63,931 bases of DNA, filler included, from Vicugna vicugna (GCA_013265495.1; 84 parts of 79 records of this genome joined end to end with filler, not necessarily neighbours in it), one strand, 5' to 3'. Positions 36,061 through 49,031 are shown, counted from the first letter of the whole stretch. Notes: a model not told the origin generated them from the letters alone. Numbers and translations are program-made.

Positions 36061-36234
36061 CACTCTGAGTTCTTTTNNNNNNNNNNNNNNNNNNNNNNNN
36101 NNNNNNNNNNNNNNNNNNNNTTAATTAATTAANNNNNNNNNNNNNNNNNNNNNNNNNNNNNNNNNNNNNNNNNNNNCTATTTATCACTCATCTATCAATA
36201 GATAGCTATAGATAGATGTACGCAGATATTTGTT

Positions 36235-36950
36235 ATCTTTAGGATCCACTTATAGATTATATTATATATTTTTGTATTTGTCTAAGTAACTTCACTAAGA
36301 ACAATATTTACTAGGTCCATTCATGATGCTGAAATAGCAATGTGTTATACTTTTTCATGGCTGAGAAATATTCCATTGCATAATTATAGAAACATCATAT
36401 CTTCGTAAGTCCATAGTCTACTGTGGACTCTTGGAATGCTTCCCTGTCTTGCATATTATAAACAGTGCTGTTGTGAACATTGGTTCTTCTCAATTTAGGG
36501 TTTTTTCCCCAGATTTTTCCTAGGAGAGTTATTACTGCTTCATTTGGTNNNNNNNNNNNNNNNNNNNAACAAATCTGAATACTCTTTTCCATAGAAGTTG
36601 TACCAATTTACATTCCTACCAAGAGTATACAAGAGATTTGTTTCCTCAACATCATCTCCAATACTTTCTATTTGTAGAACTTTTGATAATAGCCATGTGG
36701 CCAGTGTGAAGTGATACCTCATTGTGGTTTTGAACTGAAATTAACTAAAAATTAGTAATGATCATTTTTATCACTTGCATGTTACTCATCTGCATATTTC
36801 CATTGGAAAAATATTAACTCAGATACTCTGCTCATTTTTTGATTGGGTTTTTGTTTTTCATGTTGAGTTGTGTAACCTAAATCCATTTTACATCTATTAA
36901 TCTAAATCTATTAACCCCTGGTCACTTGCATTGTTTGCAAATATGTTTTT
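36235..36950 (-). mobile_element. Diverged LINE-1 ORF2 C-terminus / 3' UTR
   Basis: TTGTACCAATTTACATTCCTACCAA..GTGTGAAGTGATACCTCATTGTGGTTTTGA (antisense MRYHFT). Confidence 0.88.
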
Positions 36951-37254
36951 NNNNNNNNNNNNNNNNNNNNNNNNNNNNNNNNNNNNNNNNNNNNTTAATT
37001 AATTAANNNNNNNNNNNNNNNNNNNNNNNNNNNNNNNNNNNNNNNNNNNNAGAGCTTCCATTAGGGCCAGTACAGTGGAGCACCGTTACTCAACAATCCT
37101 AGCACATCTCTTGGCTCCCAGATTATAGCCAGATTATTCTCAGCAGGGCTCCAATAAAACCAAGGTGCTGGGGATATCAGGCAGGCAATCAATCTCTCTC
37201 TCTTGCTCACGCCCTCCATCCATACCTCCCTCAATTGCGTGTCTCCTTCTGCCT

Positions 37255-37261
37255 CTCTCTT

Positions 37262-37293
<32 letters not shown>
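37255..37293. repeat. (CT)n microsatellite
   Basis: Directly visible, running into a gap. Confidence 0.9.
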
Positions 37294-38193
37294 NNNNNNN
37301 NNNNNNNNNNNNNNNNNNNNNACGGCCCATTATTGGGGTTTCCATGTTTCAAGGGTCTAGGGCCTAGGCTCAGCTCAAATGTCAGATGGGTTTGTATGTT
37401 GCAGCCAAATATTCCTTCCTAGCACAGCTCTGCCACCATTCTATTCTCTANNNNNNNNNNNNNNNNNNNNNNNNNNNNNNNNNNNNNNNNNNNNTTAATT
37501 AATTAANNNNNNNNNNNNNNNNNNNNNNNNNNNNNNNNNNNNNNNNNNNNGGTAAGTAGACATCAGCACCTGGGCTCTCCTGCTGGCTCATCTGAAATGC
37601 TTTCCTGCCCTCTCAGGGGTGTGGACGAGGGGAGAAATGGCCCCCTGAGACTGCAGGGAAGGCTTTGGCTGGGCTGTGTTTAAGGAAGCCATTGGGCCAA
37701 ATGATTGTTGGTGGCTTGGGTAGTTTTGTTTTTCCTTTCATTGATCTATTTGGCCCCGTTGAAATGGACAAGGGAGCGGTAGCCCTGTGGCCCACCCACA
37801 GCTCCTCTCTCAGAATTCCTGACGTGCAGCAGAACAGAAAGCTGCATCCGTTGTCCAATGCTTCCGACTGCAAGCAGCGCATTTCTAGTGGACCATGTTT
37901 GGACATTTGAGTTGGTGTCGTTGGTTCTTTCTCATGGTGGTTTAGCAGCTCTCTCTTGGCTTGAGTTCCATGGGAAAGGGTCCGTTTCTCTGCTGTCCCA
38001 GGAAATAGTCCACATGCAGAATTCCCAAGAAGCTCGACAGTAGCATATGTTCCCTTGCCACCAAACTCAACACTAGGGCTCGGGAGGCAATGANNNNNNN
38101 NNNNNNNNNNNNNNNNNNNNNNNNNNNNNNNNNNNNNTTAATTAATTAANNNNNNNNNNNNNNNNNNNNNNNNNNNNNNNNNNNNNNNNNNNN

Positions 38194-38682
38194 CCTGTGA
38201 CTGAAGAGAGCTGCGTGGATTTGTCTCTCGAGCACCCCAACGCACGGAGAATTCTCCCGGAAGCCTGAGCGTGGGGAGGTTCCACCAATGGTCGGCAGCT
38301 ACTGGGTTATAACGGAATGCATAAGCTCGCCTCCCCTGAGGGTTNNNNNNNNNNNNNNNNNNNNNNNNNNNNNNNNNNNNNNNNNNNNNNNNNNNNNNNN
38401 NNNNNNNNNNNNNNNNNNNNNNNNNNNNNNNNNNNNNNNNNNNNNNNNNNNNNNNNNNNNNNNNNNNNNAGAGAGTTGCGTGGAGTTGTCTCTCGAGCTC
38501 CCCCACGCACTGAGAATGCTTCCGGAAACCTGAGCGTGGGGAGGTTCCACCAACGGTCGGCAGCGCGTGTGTTCTAACGTAATGCCTCATCTCGCCTCCC
38601 CTGAGGGTTTTCCTAATCTCTCTCTGCCATTGAATGATAGGGGGTTTGCAGGCAATCCCAGTGACAGAGGCTGCCTCCCCAA
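38194..38682 (-). repeat. Satellite A
   Basis: Diagnostic motifs. Confidence 0.92.
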
Positions 38683-38782
38683 NNNNNNNNNNNNNNNNNN
38701 NNNNNNNNNNNNNNNNNNNNNNNNNNTTAATTAATTAANNNNNNNNNNNNNNNNNNNNNNNNNNNNNNNNNNNNNNNNNNNN

Positions 38783-39346
38783 GTCCGATTTTAGAACCTG
38801 GTGATAGAAAAATCTTTGAAGTCAGAGAAAATGTTTCTAACTGTATATACGCCTTGTTTGGTGGAATAAAGGTCAGTAATCCACATGCTCACATGTCAGA
38901 AATGCATGATTGCCGAAACCGTCATACATGTATCTTGAACGGAACCCGGAATGCCATGTTGTTGGAATACATGTAAATTATATATCTCTTAGGTGGAAAT
39001 CTCTCCATAATTATTTTTCTGTGAAAAATGCACAAGTTCGAACCTGGTGTTAGGGAAAGCTTGTGAAAATGTGTACACGTGTCTAGATGAAAATATTACT
39101 TTTATAGAGGAGGAAAGATTAGTAATCNNNNNNNNNNNNNNNNNNNNNNNNNNNNNNNNNNNNNNNNNNNNNNNNNNNNNNNNNNNNNNNNNNNNNNNNN
39201 NNNNNNNNNNNNNNNNNNNNNNNNNNNNNNNNNNNNNNNNNNNNNNNNNNNNNNNNNNATCAAAGTGTGATTCTTGAAACTGGTGATAGGCAGAAGCTTC
39301 GGATTCAAAATAAATATTTCATAGTGCATAGGTAACTTGTTTGGTG
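38783..39346 (-). repeat. Satellite D (~246-bp subunits)
   Basis: Reverse complement matches 53610-54059 and 63066-63631. Confidence 0.88.
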
Positions 39347-39446
39347 NNNNNNNNNNNNNNNNNNNNNNNNNNNNNNNNNNNNNNNNNNNNTTAATTAATT
39401 AANNNNNNNNNNNNNNNNNNNNNNNNNNNNNNNNNNNNNNNNNNNN

Positions 39447-39947
39447 TAACCAACAACCCACAACAATGGAATACCTGTGCCCCCTGAATTAAGCGTGGAC
39501 TCTGCTTCTCCACCAACAGCACACACACGAAATTTTCTGGAATCCTGAGCATGGGGAGGCTACTCCAAATCACAGCAGAACCTAGGTTCTATTAGACTCC
39601 CTTAGCTTGTGTTCCCTGAGTGTTTCCTTAGGCCGGGCCATGAGGGAAATCTGGGGGTTGGGCTTGGAGGCCAATTAGCAGCGAGTACCCTCCGATGGAC
39701 TGAGGAAGTTCTTAGAGGAATTCTCCCTAAAGGGAAACACCTGAGCACATAAGTGGATTGGGGCTCCACACCTCCCCACCACACAAGGTTGGATTCCAGA
39801 ATCCTGAGGGTGTGGTAGTTCCTCCAAGTGACATCAGCGTCTTGGTTTTAATTGAACCCCTTTGCTTGTCTTCCCTGATGGTTTTCCTAGGCCAGAGTTT
39901 TTCTGAAAGTGGGATTGGGCTCTAAATCCTAGTATCAGCATGTGCCT
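39447..39947 (-). repeat. Satellite B
   Basis: Reverse complement matches 24245-24449 followed by 23400-23690. Confidence 0.88.
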
Positions 39948-40047
39948 NNNNNNNNNNNNNNNNNNNNNNNNNNNNNNNNNNNNNNNNNNNNTTAATTAAT
40001 TAANNNNNNNNNNNNNNNNNNNNNNNNNNNNNNNNNNNNNNNNNNNN

Positions 40048-40546
40048 GTCTCTGTGCCAGGGAATGCTAGGGGTGATTGCAGGAAATCCCACGGACCGAG
40101 GCTGCATCCCCAAGGTCAGGGAAGGTTTTTCCCTGACTTCCCCGAACAGGGAACACCTGTGACTGAAGAGAGCTGCGTGGAGTTGTCTCTCGAGCTCCCC
40201 CACGCACTGACAATGGTTCCGGAATCCTGAGCGTGGGGAGGTTCCACAANNNNNNNNNNNNNNNNNNNNNNNNNNNNNNNNNNNNNNNNNNNNNNNNNNN
40301 NNNNNNNNNNNNNNNNNTAGGGGTGATTGCAGGATATCCCAGTGACCGAGGCTGCCTCCACAAGGTCAGGGAAGGTATTTCCCGGGCTTCCCCGAACAGG
40401 GAACACCTGTGACTTAAGAGAGCCTCGTGGAGTTGTCTCCCGAGCTCCCCCACGCACTGACAATAGTTCCGGAATCCTGAGCGTGGGGAGGTTCTACAAA
40501 TTGTCGGCAGCGCGTCGGTTCTAACGGAATGCCTAAGCTCGTCTCC
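40048..40546 (-). repeat. Satellite A
   Basis: Diagnostic motifs. Confidence 0.93.
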
Positions 40547-43500
40547 NNNNNNNNNNNNNNNNNNNNNNNNNNNNNNNNNNNNNNNNNNNNTTAATTAATT
40601 AANNNNNNNNNNNNNNNNNNNNNNNNNNNNNNNNNNNNNNNNNNNNACGGGATCTGTTCCAAGAGGGGAGGTAGGGCAGGGTGCCAGATGCTTGGTTGGG
40701 TGCGGTCTTACAGGAGAGCCACGTTGAAAGGGTGCAGAGCAGCCCCTGTGTTGGCGGGGCTAGGAATTTGGGGTATAGGGTGGGGATGATGTGTGCCATT
40801 CCCTGTGGTCTCCCAAAGAACTCTCACCCCCAAGCAAAGGACCCTGCTCCCTCCACCCTTCACTGCATCCCCTGCCTTCCCCAGCACCACCNNNNNNNNN
40901 NNNNNNNNNNNNNNNNNNNNNNNNNNNNNNNNNNNTTAATTAATTAANNNNNNNNNNNNNNNNNNNNNNNNNNNNNNNNNNNNNNNNNNNNAAACTGGCT
41001 TCTCAGAAGCCTGTGGTCTCCACTGCAGGTCTGTCTCCAAACCCAGGGCCAGCATGGTGACTCTGCTCCCCCTGTCTATTCTGGAAGATCTAGGTGTCCT
41101 CCATGGCCCTTCCACCATTGTTTTTTTTGGAAAATTCCGCAGATGGAATGGGCCTGAGAACAGGAGAGCTGGATGCCAGAAGCCACAGCCCAGTGTGTGG
41201 CTCCTGGGAGGGGCATCTCCTCTCTGTGGGCTCTGATCTATCCTCCCTACTCCCCCAACCCCACCCCTCTCCTCCTGCATTTCCTGATTGATCCCTGGAT
41301 AANNNNNNNNNNNNNNNNNNNNNNNNNNNNNNNNNNNNNNNNNNNNTTAATTAATTAANNNNNNNNNNNNNNNNNNNNNNNNNNNNNNNNNNNNNNNNNN
41401 NNTCAAAACCATATAAGATATTATTTCTCATGTATTGGAAAAAATAAAACGATGAAGTAAAGTAAATCTAATAGTGTTAAAATATTCAAAGCCTTTCTAA
41501 TGATAAAAACTTTAAATATAATATATTCTACTTCAAAATGCGTTCAGAGATGTTATAAATGGTGAGAAGATTATATATCATATATAGTTTTCTGTTTATG
41601 AATTTGATTATAGCAATGAAAGAGCGTAATATTAAATTTTAAAAAATGCATATCAATTGAAGATATAAATTAACCTCAAATTTGGGTTGTAAATAATTTT
41701 ATATTTAGCTTTCAGTTTTCTTTATGTGTTTTTATATAATTTCAGGAAAATAATTATCATATACAAATGTACAGATCTGAGTATTTATCTAATATGTCTC
41801 AATCTCAAGTGTTCTAAAACCAATCCATTTCCTTCTTTCCTTCCTTCCTTCCTCTTTCCTTCTTTCCTTTCTTGGTATAAAAGTTAATTGTTGGCAATAT
41901 TTTATCAGAACTTATAATGTGAATGAAGGATGAAAGATATATACATATATACACACACACATATAGTGATGATCCAACTTGGAATAAATATTTCAACTTG
42001 GAATAAATATTTCCATATATCTATGAAAAATTATGAATGAATTTAACTATAGTATGTAATTCCTTAACATTTTTAATAATATACAGTATATGTACTTACA
42101 ACTTTATACTGTAAACTTAATTGTTTAATATCTACCATCATGCATGGAAGAGTTTTTTTGTTATTATAAAGTATACTTTAATAAGTGTGATAAAGGAGAA
42201 TTANNNNNNNNNNNNNNNNNNNNNNNNNNNNNNNNNNNNNNNNNNNNTTAATTAATTAANNNNNNNNNNNNNNNNNNNNNNNNNNNNNNNNNNNNNNNNN
42301 NNNTTTACTATTGCTCCTTTATGAGCTATATTTCCTTTGGGGGGTTTAAAACGTCTCAGAGCTAATTTTCTCAGATTGAAAAAAAGAAAACATTACCTGA
42401 TTCGCCATANNNNNNNNNNNNNNNNNNNNNNNNNNNNNNNNNNNNNNNNNNNNNNNNNNNNNNNNNNNNNNNNNNNNNNNNNNNNNNNNNNNNNNNNNNN
42501 NNNNNNNNNNNNNNNNNNNNNNNNNNNNNNNNNNNNNNNNNNNNNNNNNNNNNNNNNNNNNNNNNNNNNNNNNNNNNNNNNNNNNNNNNNNNNNNNNNNN
42601 NNNNNNNNNNNNNNNNNNNNNNNNNNNNNNNNNNNNNNNNNNNNNNNNNNNNNNNNNNNNNNNNNNNNNNNNNNNNNNNNNNNNNNNNNNNNNNNNNNNN
42701 NNNNNNNNNNNNNNNNNNNNNNNNNNNNNNNNNNNNNNNNNNNNNNNNNNNNNNNNNNNNNNNNNNNNNNNNNNNNNNNNNNNNNNNNNNNNNNNNNNNN
42801 NNNNNNNNNNNNNNNNNNNNNNNNNNNNNNNNNNNNNNNNNNNNNNNNNNNNNNNNNNNNNNNNNNNNNNNNNNNNNNNNNNNNNNNNNNNNNNNNNNNN
42901 NNNNGAACCCACTGTCAAACTTCAGAGCAAGAGGATGGGTTGTCGTGGCAGGAGGCCACCGCACCTGAAGCTAACAAAGCTAATGGTGCCCAATTCCAAG
43001 AGCCCCTGTCACCACCCTTGTTCTAATCTTCTATTTGTAATTGTTTCTTTATTTAATAGAAACTCCCAATTGCATAGCCTTCAACTGACCAGATATCATG
43101 ATGGCAGTCCTTCAATACCTGACAACACANNNNNNNNNNNNNNNNNNNNNNNNNNNNNNNNNNNNNNNNNNNNTTAATTAATTAANNNNNNNNNNNNNNN
43201 NNNNNNNNNNNNNNNNNNNNNNNNNNNNNTTCCCAAGAATTTAATTTCTTGTTTTCGTGATAAATTTCTTTTTATTGCTGCCTCCCTATCCCCAAATACT
43301 GTGAAAACTAGTCCTGACCACGTACCTTGGGTTTACCAAAATTGTAACGACTACTACTACTTTATCTCCTACCTCCTTTTCAGGTGGGCATTTTAGCTTT
43401 TAGAAGATATNNNNNNNNNNNNNNNNNNNNNNNNNNNNNNNNNNNNNNNNNNNNNNNNNNNNNNNNNNNNNNNNNNNNNNNNNNNNNNNNNNNNNNNNNN

Positions 43501-44492
43501 NNNNNNNNNNNNNNNNNNNNNNNNNNNNNNNNNNNNNNNNNNNNNNNNNNNNNNNNNNNNNNNNNNNNNNNNNNNNNNNNNNNNNNNNNNNNNNNNNNNN
43601 NNNNNNNNNNNNNNNNNNNNNNNNNNNNNNNNNNNNNNNNNNNNNNNNNNNNNNNNNNNNNNNNNNNNNNNNNNNNNNNNNNNNNNNNNNNNNNNNNNNN
43701 NNNNNNNNNNNNNNNNNNNNNNNNNNNNNNNNNNNNNNNNNNNNNNNNNNNNNNNNNNNNNNNNNNNNNNNNNNNNNNNNNNNNNNNNNNNNNNNNNNNN
43801 NNNNNNNNNNNNNNNNNNNNNNNNNNNNNNNNNNNNNNNNNNNNNNNNNNNNNNNNNNNNNNNNNNNNNNNNNNNNNNNNNNNNNNNNNNNNNNNNNNNN
43901 NNNNNNNNNNNNNNNNNNNNNNNNNNNNNNNNNNNNNNNNNNNNNNNNNNNNNNNNNNNNNNNNNNNNNNNNNNNNNNNNNNNNNNNNNNNNNNNNNNNN
44001 NNNNNNNNNNNNNNNNNNNNNNNNNNNNNNNNNNNNNNNNNNNNNNNNNNNNNNNNNNNNNNNNNNNNNNNNNNNNNNNNNNNNNNNNNNNNNNNNNNNN
44101 NNNNNNNNNNNNNNNNNNNNNNNNNNNNNNNNNNNNNNNNNNNNNNNNNNNNNNNNNNNNNNNNTGGAGTTCAGCAGAAGAGACAGAGCAACAACAGACA
44201 ACTTAGCGTCTGGCTGAGCTTCGGCTGACTGCACTGCACGTTTGGATGGATTTCAAATTTGGACAGTGAGGCGGCTTCACACGAAAGGCAGGTGTATACA
44301 TCATGCATGCCCACACGTCTGTATGCACTCACACGGACACACACAGTGTACATGATGTGACTTGTAAAGAGCTGTCCCTGCTAGGTTTCCCANNNNNNNN
44401 NNNNNNNNNNNNNNNNNNNNNNNNNNNNNNNNNNNNTTAATTAATTAANNNNNNNNNNNNNNNNNNNNNNNNNNNNNNNNNNNNNNNNNNNN

Positions 44493-45442
44493 ATCAGGGG
44501 GCACTCACTGCTACGTGGCCTCCAAGCCCAACCCCCGCTTTCCCTCATGGCTTGGCCTAAAGAACACTCAGGGAACAGAAGCTAAGGGATACTAATAGAA
44601 TCCAGGTGCTGCTGTCAGTTTGAGGAACTTCCCCACACTCAGAATACCAGAACACATCTTCGTGCGTGTGCTGGATGTAGGGAAACAGTCAAAGCATCTT
44701 GCAGGGGGCAAATTTATTCCATAGTTTTGGGTTGTAAGTTAAAACCCCAAATCCCATGGATAGGCTCTCGCTAATACTTGGTTTAGAGACCAACCCCCTC
44801 ATTCCCACTCTCTCCAGCCTAGGCATGCCATCAGGGAAGACAAGCTAAGGGATTCTATTAGAACCCAGGCGCTGCTGTCATTTGGAGGAGCGTCCCCACA
44901 ATGAGGATACCTGAGCAAGTCTCCGTGTGTGTGCTGGAGGTGGGGAAACAGATTCCACGCATCTTTATGGGGCACAGGTATGTTCCAAGTTTGGGGAAGT
45001 ATTTTAAAACCCTCCACTGCCCACAGAGATGCACTCGCTAATACTTGGCTTTAGAGCCCATCCCCCACCATCGCTTACTGCTAGGCCTAGGAAAACACTT
45101 AGGGAAGTCAAGATAAGGGATTCTATTAAAAGTTGGGTGCTGCTGTCTGTTGGAGGAACCTCCCCACACTCAGAACCCCAGAACACTTCTTCCTGTGTGT
45201 GCTTTGGGTGGGGAAAAATAGCACACGCATTTTTCAGGGGGCACAGTTATTCCATGGTTGTGGATTGTAGGTCAAACACCCACATCCCATGGATAGGCTC
45301 TCGCTAATACTTGGTTTAGAGCCAAATCCCAACTTTTCCCCGCACACCGGCCTTTTCAATCCATCATGGAAAGCAAGTTAAGGTATTGTATTAGAATCCA
45401 GGCACTGCTGTTAGTGGGAAGAACCTCCCCACACTCAAGACA
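44493..45442 (+). repeat. Satellite B; period measured as 266-267 bp
   Basis: TCGCTAATAC at 44768, 45035 and 45301. Confidence 0.93.
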
Positions 45443-45542
45443 NNNNNNNNNNNNNNNNNNNNNNNNNNNNNNNNNNNNNNNNNNNNTTAATTAATTAANN
45501 NNNNNNNNNNNNNNNNNNNNNNNNNNNNNNNNNNNNNNNNNN

Positions 45543-46897
45543 CTTGGGTATTTTCTTTTGAATATTCATGGTTCCCTTGGTAAATTTTAGCCATCCGTAC
45601 ACTTTGGTGCTTGTTGGTTGGTTTGATTTTTGTTGGTCTGCTTCTCGCTAGTTTTGCAAACACGTCTGGCTATGCATCTTTCCTTTCGCTTTAAACAGAG
45701 AGTCAAATAAGCTGATTCACTTAAGAGAGTGCTTCCAATCACCTATGATTTCCTGCTTCCCTCTCCCATCTTTAGGGTTTTGATGNNNNNNNNNNNNNNN
45801 NNNNNNNNNNNNNNNNNNNNNNNNNNNNNNNNNNNNNNNNNNNNNNNNNNNNNNNNNNNNNNNNNNNNNNNNNNNNNNNNNNNNNNNNNNNNNNNNNNNN
45901 NNNNNNNNNNNNNNNNNNNNNNNNNNNNNNNNNNNNNNNNNNNNNNNNNNNNNNNNNNNNNNNNNNNNNNNNNNNNNNNNNNNNNNNNNNNNNNNNNNNN
46001 NNNNNNNNNNNNNNNNNNNNNNNNNNNNNNNNNNNNNNNNNNNNNNNNNNNNNNNNNNNNNNNNNNNNNNNNNNNNNNNNNNNNNNNNNNNNNNNNNNNN
46101 NNNNNNNNNNNNNNNNNNNNNNNNNNNNNNNNNNNNNNNNNNNNNNNNNNNNNNNNNNNNNNNNNNNNNNNNNNNNNNNNNNNNNNNNNNNNNNNNNNNN
46201 NNNNNNNNNNNNNNNNNNNNNNNNNNNNNNNNNNNNNNNNNNNNNNNNNNNNNNNNNNNNNNNNNNNNNNNNNNNNNNNNNNNNNNNNNNNNNNNNNNNN
46301 NNNNNNNNNNNNNNNNNNNNNNNNNNNNNNNNNNNNNNNNNNNNNNNNNNNNNNNNNNNNNNNNNNNNNNNNNNNNNNNNNNNNNNNNNNNNNNNNNNNN
46401 NNNNNNNNNNNNNNNNNNNNNNNNNNNNNNNNNNNNNNNNNNNNNNNNNNNNNNNNNNNNNNNNNNNNNNNNNNNNNNNNNNNNNNNNNNNNNNNNNNNN
46501 NNNNNNNNNNAGTCATTCACGCGTCCCTCTGCATTATCTAGTCTGCTAAGTACTGAATTTTAGCCCTGATATTATCACATCCATTGAGTTTTCTGATCTG
46601 TTTTGGCTCGTCTTTAGACTTTCTCTTCCCCTTTTCTGGTATTCTGCCTTGTGTGATTCTGAGACACTGTTGTTCTTCAGTGTTTTCCTGACCTCCATTT
46701 TCAACACTTGGTCTGGATAGCGTTTTGCAGTCTAGTTGTTTGAAAGCTTATCTTTGGGCTTTCAATACCTTTGGAACTGAAAATGGTACTTCCTGTTTCT
46801 TGTACTTTACTTCTTCAACTCTACTGGTCAGGTAATATCAGATATCTAGTGGAGACTTCTAGGGCTTTGTTAAGTGAATATTTTAGACTCTTGTCTC
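45543..46897 (+). repeat. Unidentified multicopy unit F, copy 2
   Basis: The left contig matches 11776-11990; the right contig is the reverse-complement homolog of 47740-47988. Confidence 0.85.
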
Positions 46898-46997
46898 NNN
46901 NNNNNNNNNNNNNNNNNNNNNNNNNNNNNNNNNNNNNNNNNTTAATTAATTAANNNNNNNNNNNNNNNNNNNNNNNNNNNNNNNNNNNNNNNNNNNN

Positions 46998-47988
46998 TGG
47001 GGCTGAATCAGAGATACCGTGCATCTGGTCTGAGGGATCCAGTGGGCCTTAGATTTGATATCAGAATGAAAAGCCTTAGGATCTTCTACATTCATAACCT
47101 GGGCTGGGATTATGGTTTGGTTTGAGGCACAGAATGCGCAACAACTCTGTGGTTGCCTTCGTGCACCCGTGCCACAAGGATGAGAGGACAAGGAAGAGTG
47201 GTCCAAGACCACAGTGTGAGAAGATTAAGCTTTTCCTTCAGCACTATCTCCCGAATGCGGATGCTACATTTTGGATGGCACCGGCACTGTACGGCACCGA
47301 GGACACCAAGGTAGGGCTGCGAGATCATTCCAGCAGGCCCTGATGTGTGACATCCATGGATGTGCTTCCACTGGTGTTTCTGTAGAGAGAGAGCTCTGGG
47401 AAGAACTGCTTTCATTGGGACATTCCCGTGGCACTTCAAAGCACAAGCGCACTCTCAGTTTACTGTTTTGGAAACACTCCAAAATGACATAGAGCAGAAT
47501 GCAGAGCTGAGAACCTTTAGAAGCCTCATTTCCACAAGAGGAAGTGTCCTGTGCACTTTCAGAATTGTGAGATAAGTATAATCAAAATGAAGTTATGCTA
47601 ATCAAAATAGTATGGGTTGTTCATCATAAATAATTCAACACCAGCAATTGGAGATATACCAGACAACACACACAGGAACATGACATGGCATCAATGTCTA
47701 AGTGAAATTGTCTTTACAGGAATCCCATGGAACTGTGTAGAGACGAGGGTCTAAAATTTTCCCTTTACAAAGCCCTAGAAGTCTACATTAGATTCCTGAT
47801 TTTATCTGAACAGTAGAGGTGAAGAAGTACTGTAAAAGAAACATGAAGTTCCATTTTTAGTTCCAAAGAGATTGAAGGCCCAAAAGACAAGCTTTCAAAC
47901 ATCTAGACTGCAAAACACTACCTGATCATGTATTGAAAATGGTGGTGAGGCAATCACTAAGTGCAACAATGTCTCAGAATCACAAAAG
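46998..47988 (-). repeat. Unidentified multicopy unit F, copy 3
   Basis: 47740-47988 aligns to the reverse complement of 46648-46897 (e.g. ACAAAGCCCTAGAAGTCT, AAGCTTTCAAACA, TGTCTCAGAATCACA). Confidence 0.8.
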
Positions 47989-48088
47989 NNNNNNNNNNNN
48001 NNNNNNNNNNNNNNNNNNNNNNNNNNNNNNNNTTAATTAATTAANNNNNNNNNNNNNNNNNNNNNNNNNNNNNNNNNNNNNNNNNNNN

Positions 48089-48931
48089 TCAGAACTGAGC
48101 ATGTGGAGAGACGTTCTTTCATCCAGCACAACACGAACGGATTGAAAGAGAAACACTCTGGTTTCTCTGTCTGTTTCCTAGTGCCGGTTTCAAGTTCCTG
48201 CCGTTTTCACTGTAAAACCGAGTTGGAGCTTGTACTTCCCCATATATATGTATGGAGGGGAGTTGGCAACTGAAAAGAAACTTTGTGTTCCGTTCAAGCT
48301 AGGTGAAGGACGGCTTTCACACACACTAATTTCTCAGAACTGAGCATGTGGAGAGACGTTCGTTCATCCAGCACAAAGGGAACGGGTTGCAGGGGAAACA
48401 ATTACTCTGGTTTCTCAGTCTGTTTCCTAGTGCCGGTTTGAAGTGCCTGCCGTTTTCACTGCAAAACCGAGTTGGAGCTTATATCTACTCATATATATGT
48501 AAGGAGGGTAGTTGGCAACTGCAAAGAAACTTTGTGTTCCCTTCAAGCAAGGTGAAGGACGGCTTTCACACACACTAATTTCTCAGAACTGAGCATGTGG
48601 AGAGACATTCGTTCATCCAGCACAAAGGGAACGGGTTGCAGGGGAAACACTTCCTCTGGTTTCTCAGTTTGTTTCCTAATGCTGGTTTGACGTGCCTGTC
48701 GTTTTCAGTGTAAAATGACTTGTACCTCATAAATGTATGGAGTGGAGTTGGCAACTGAAAAGGAACTTTGTGTTCCCATCAAGCTAGGTGAAGGATGGCT
48801 TTCACACACACTTATCGCACAGAACTGACCATGTGAAGTGAAGTTCATTCATCCAGCAAAAAAGGGAACGGGTTGCAGGGAAAAATCTTACTCAGGTTTC
48901 TCAGTCTGTTTCCTAGTGCCTGTTTGAAGTG
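48089..48931 (+). repeat. Satellite E (~249-bp monomer)
   Basis: TCAGAACTGAGCATGTGGAGAGAC at 48089, 48334 and 48583, with a variant at 48819. Confidence 0.93.
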
Positions 48932-49031
48932 NNNNNNNNNNNNNNNNNNNNNNNNNNNNNNNNNNNNNNNNNNNNTTAATTAATTAANNNNNNNNNNNNN
49001 NNNNNNNNNNNNNNNNNNNNNNNNNNNNNNN

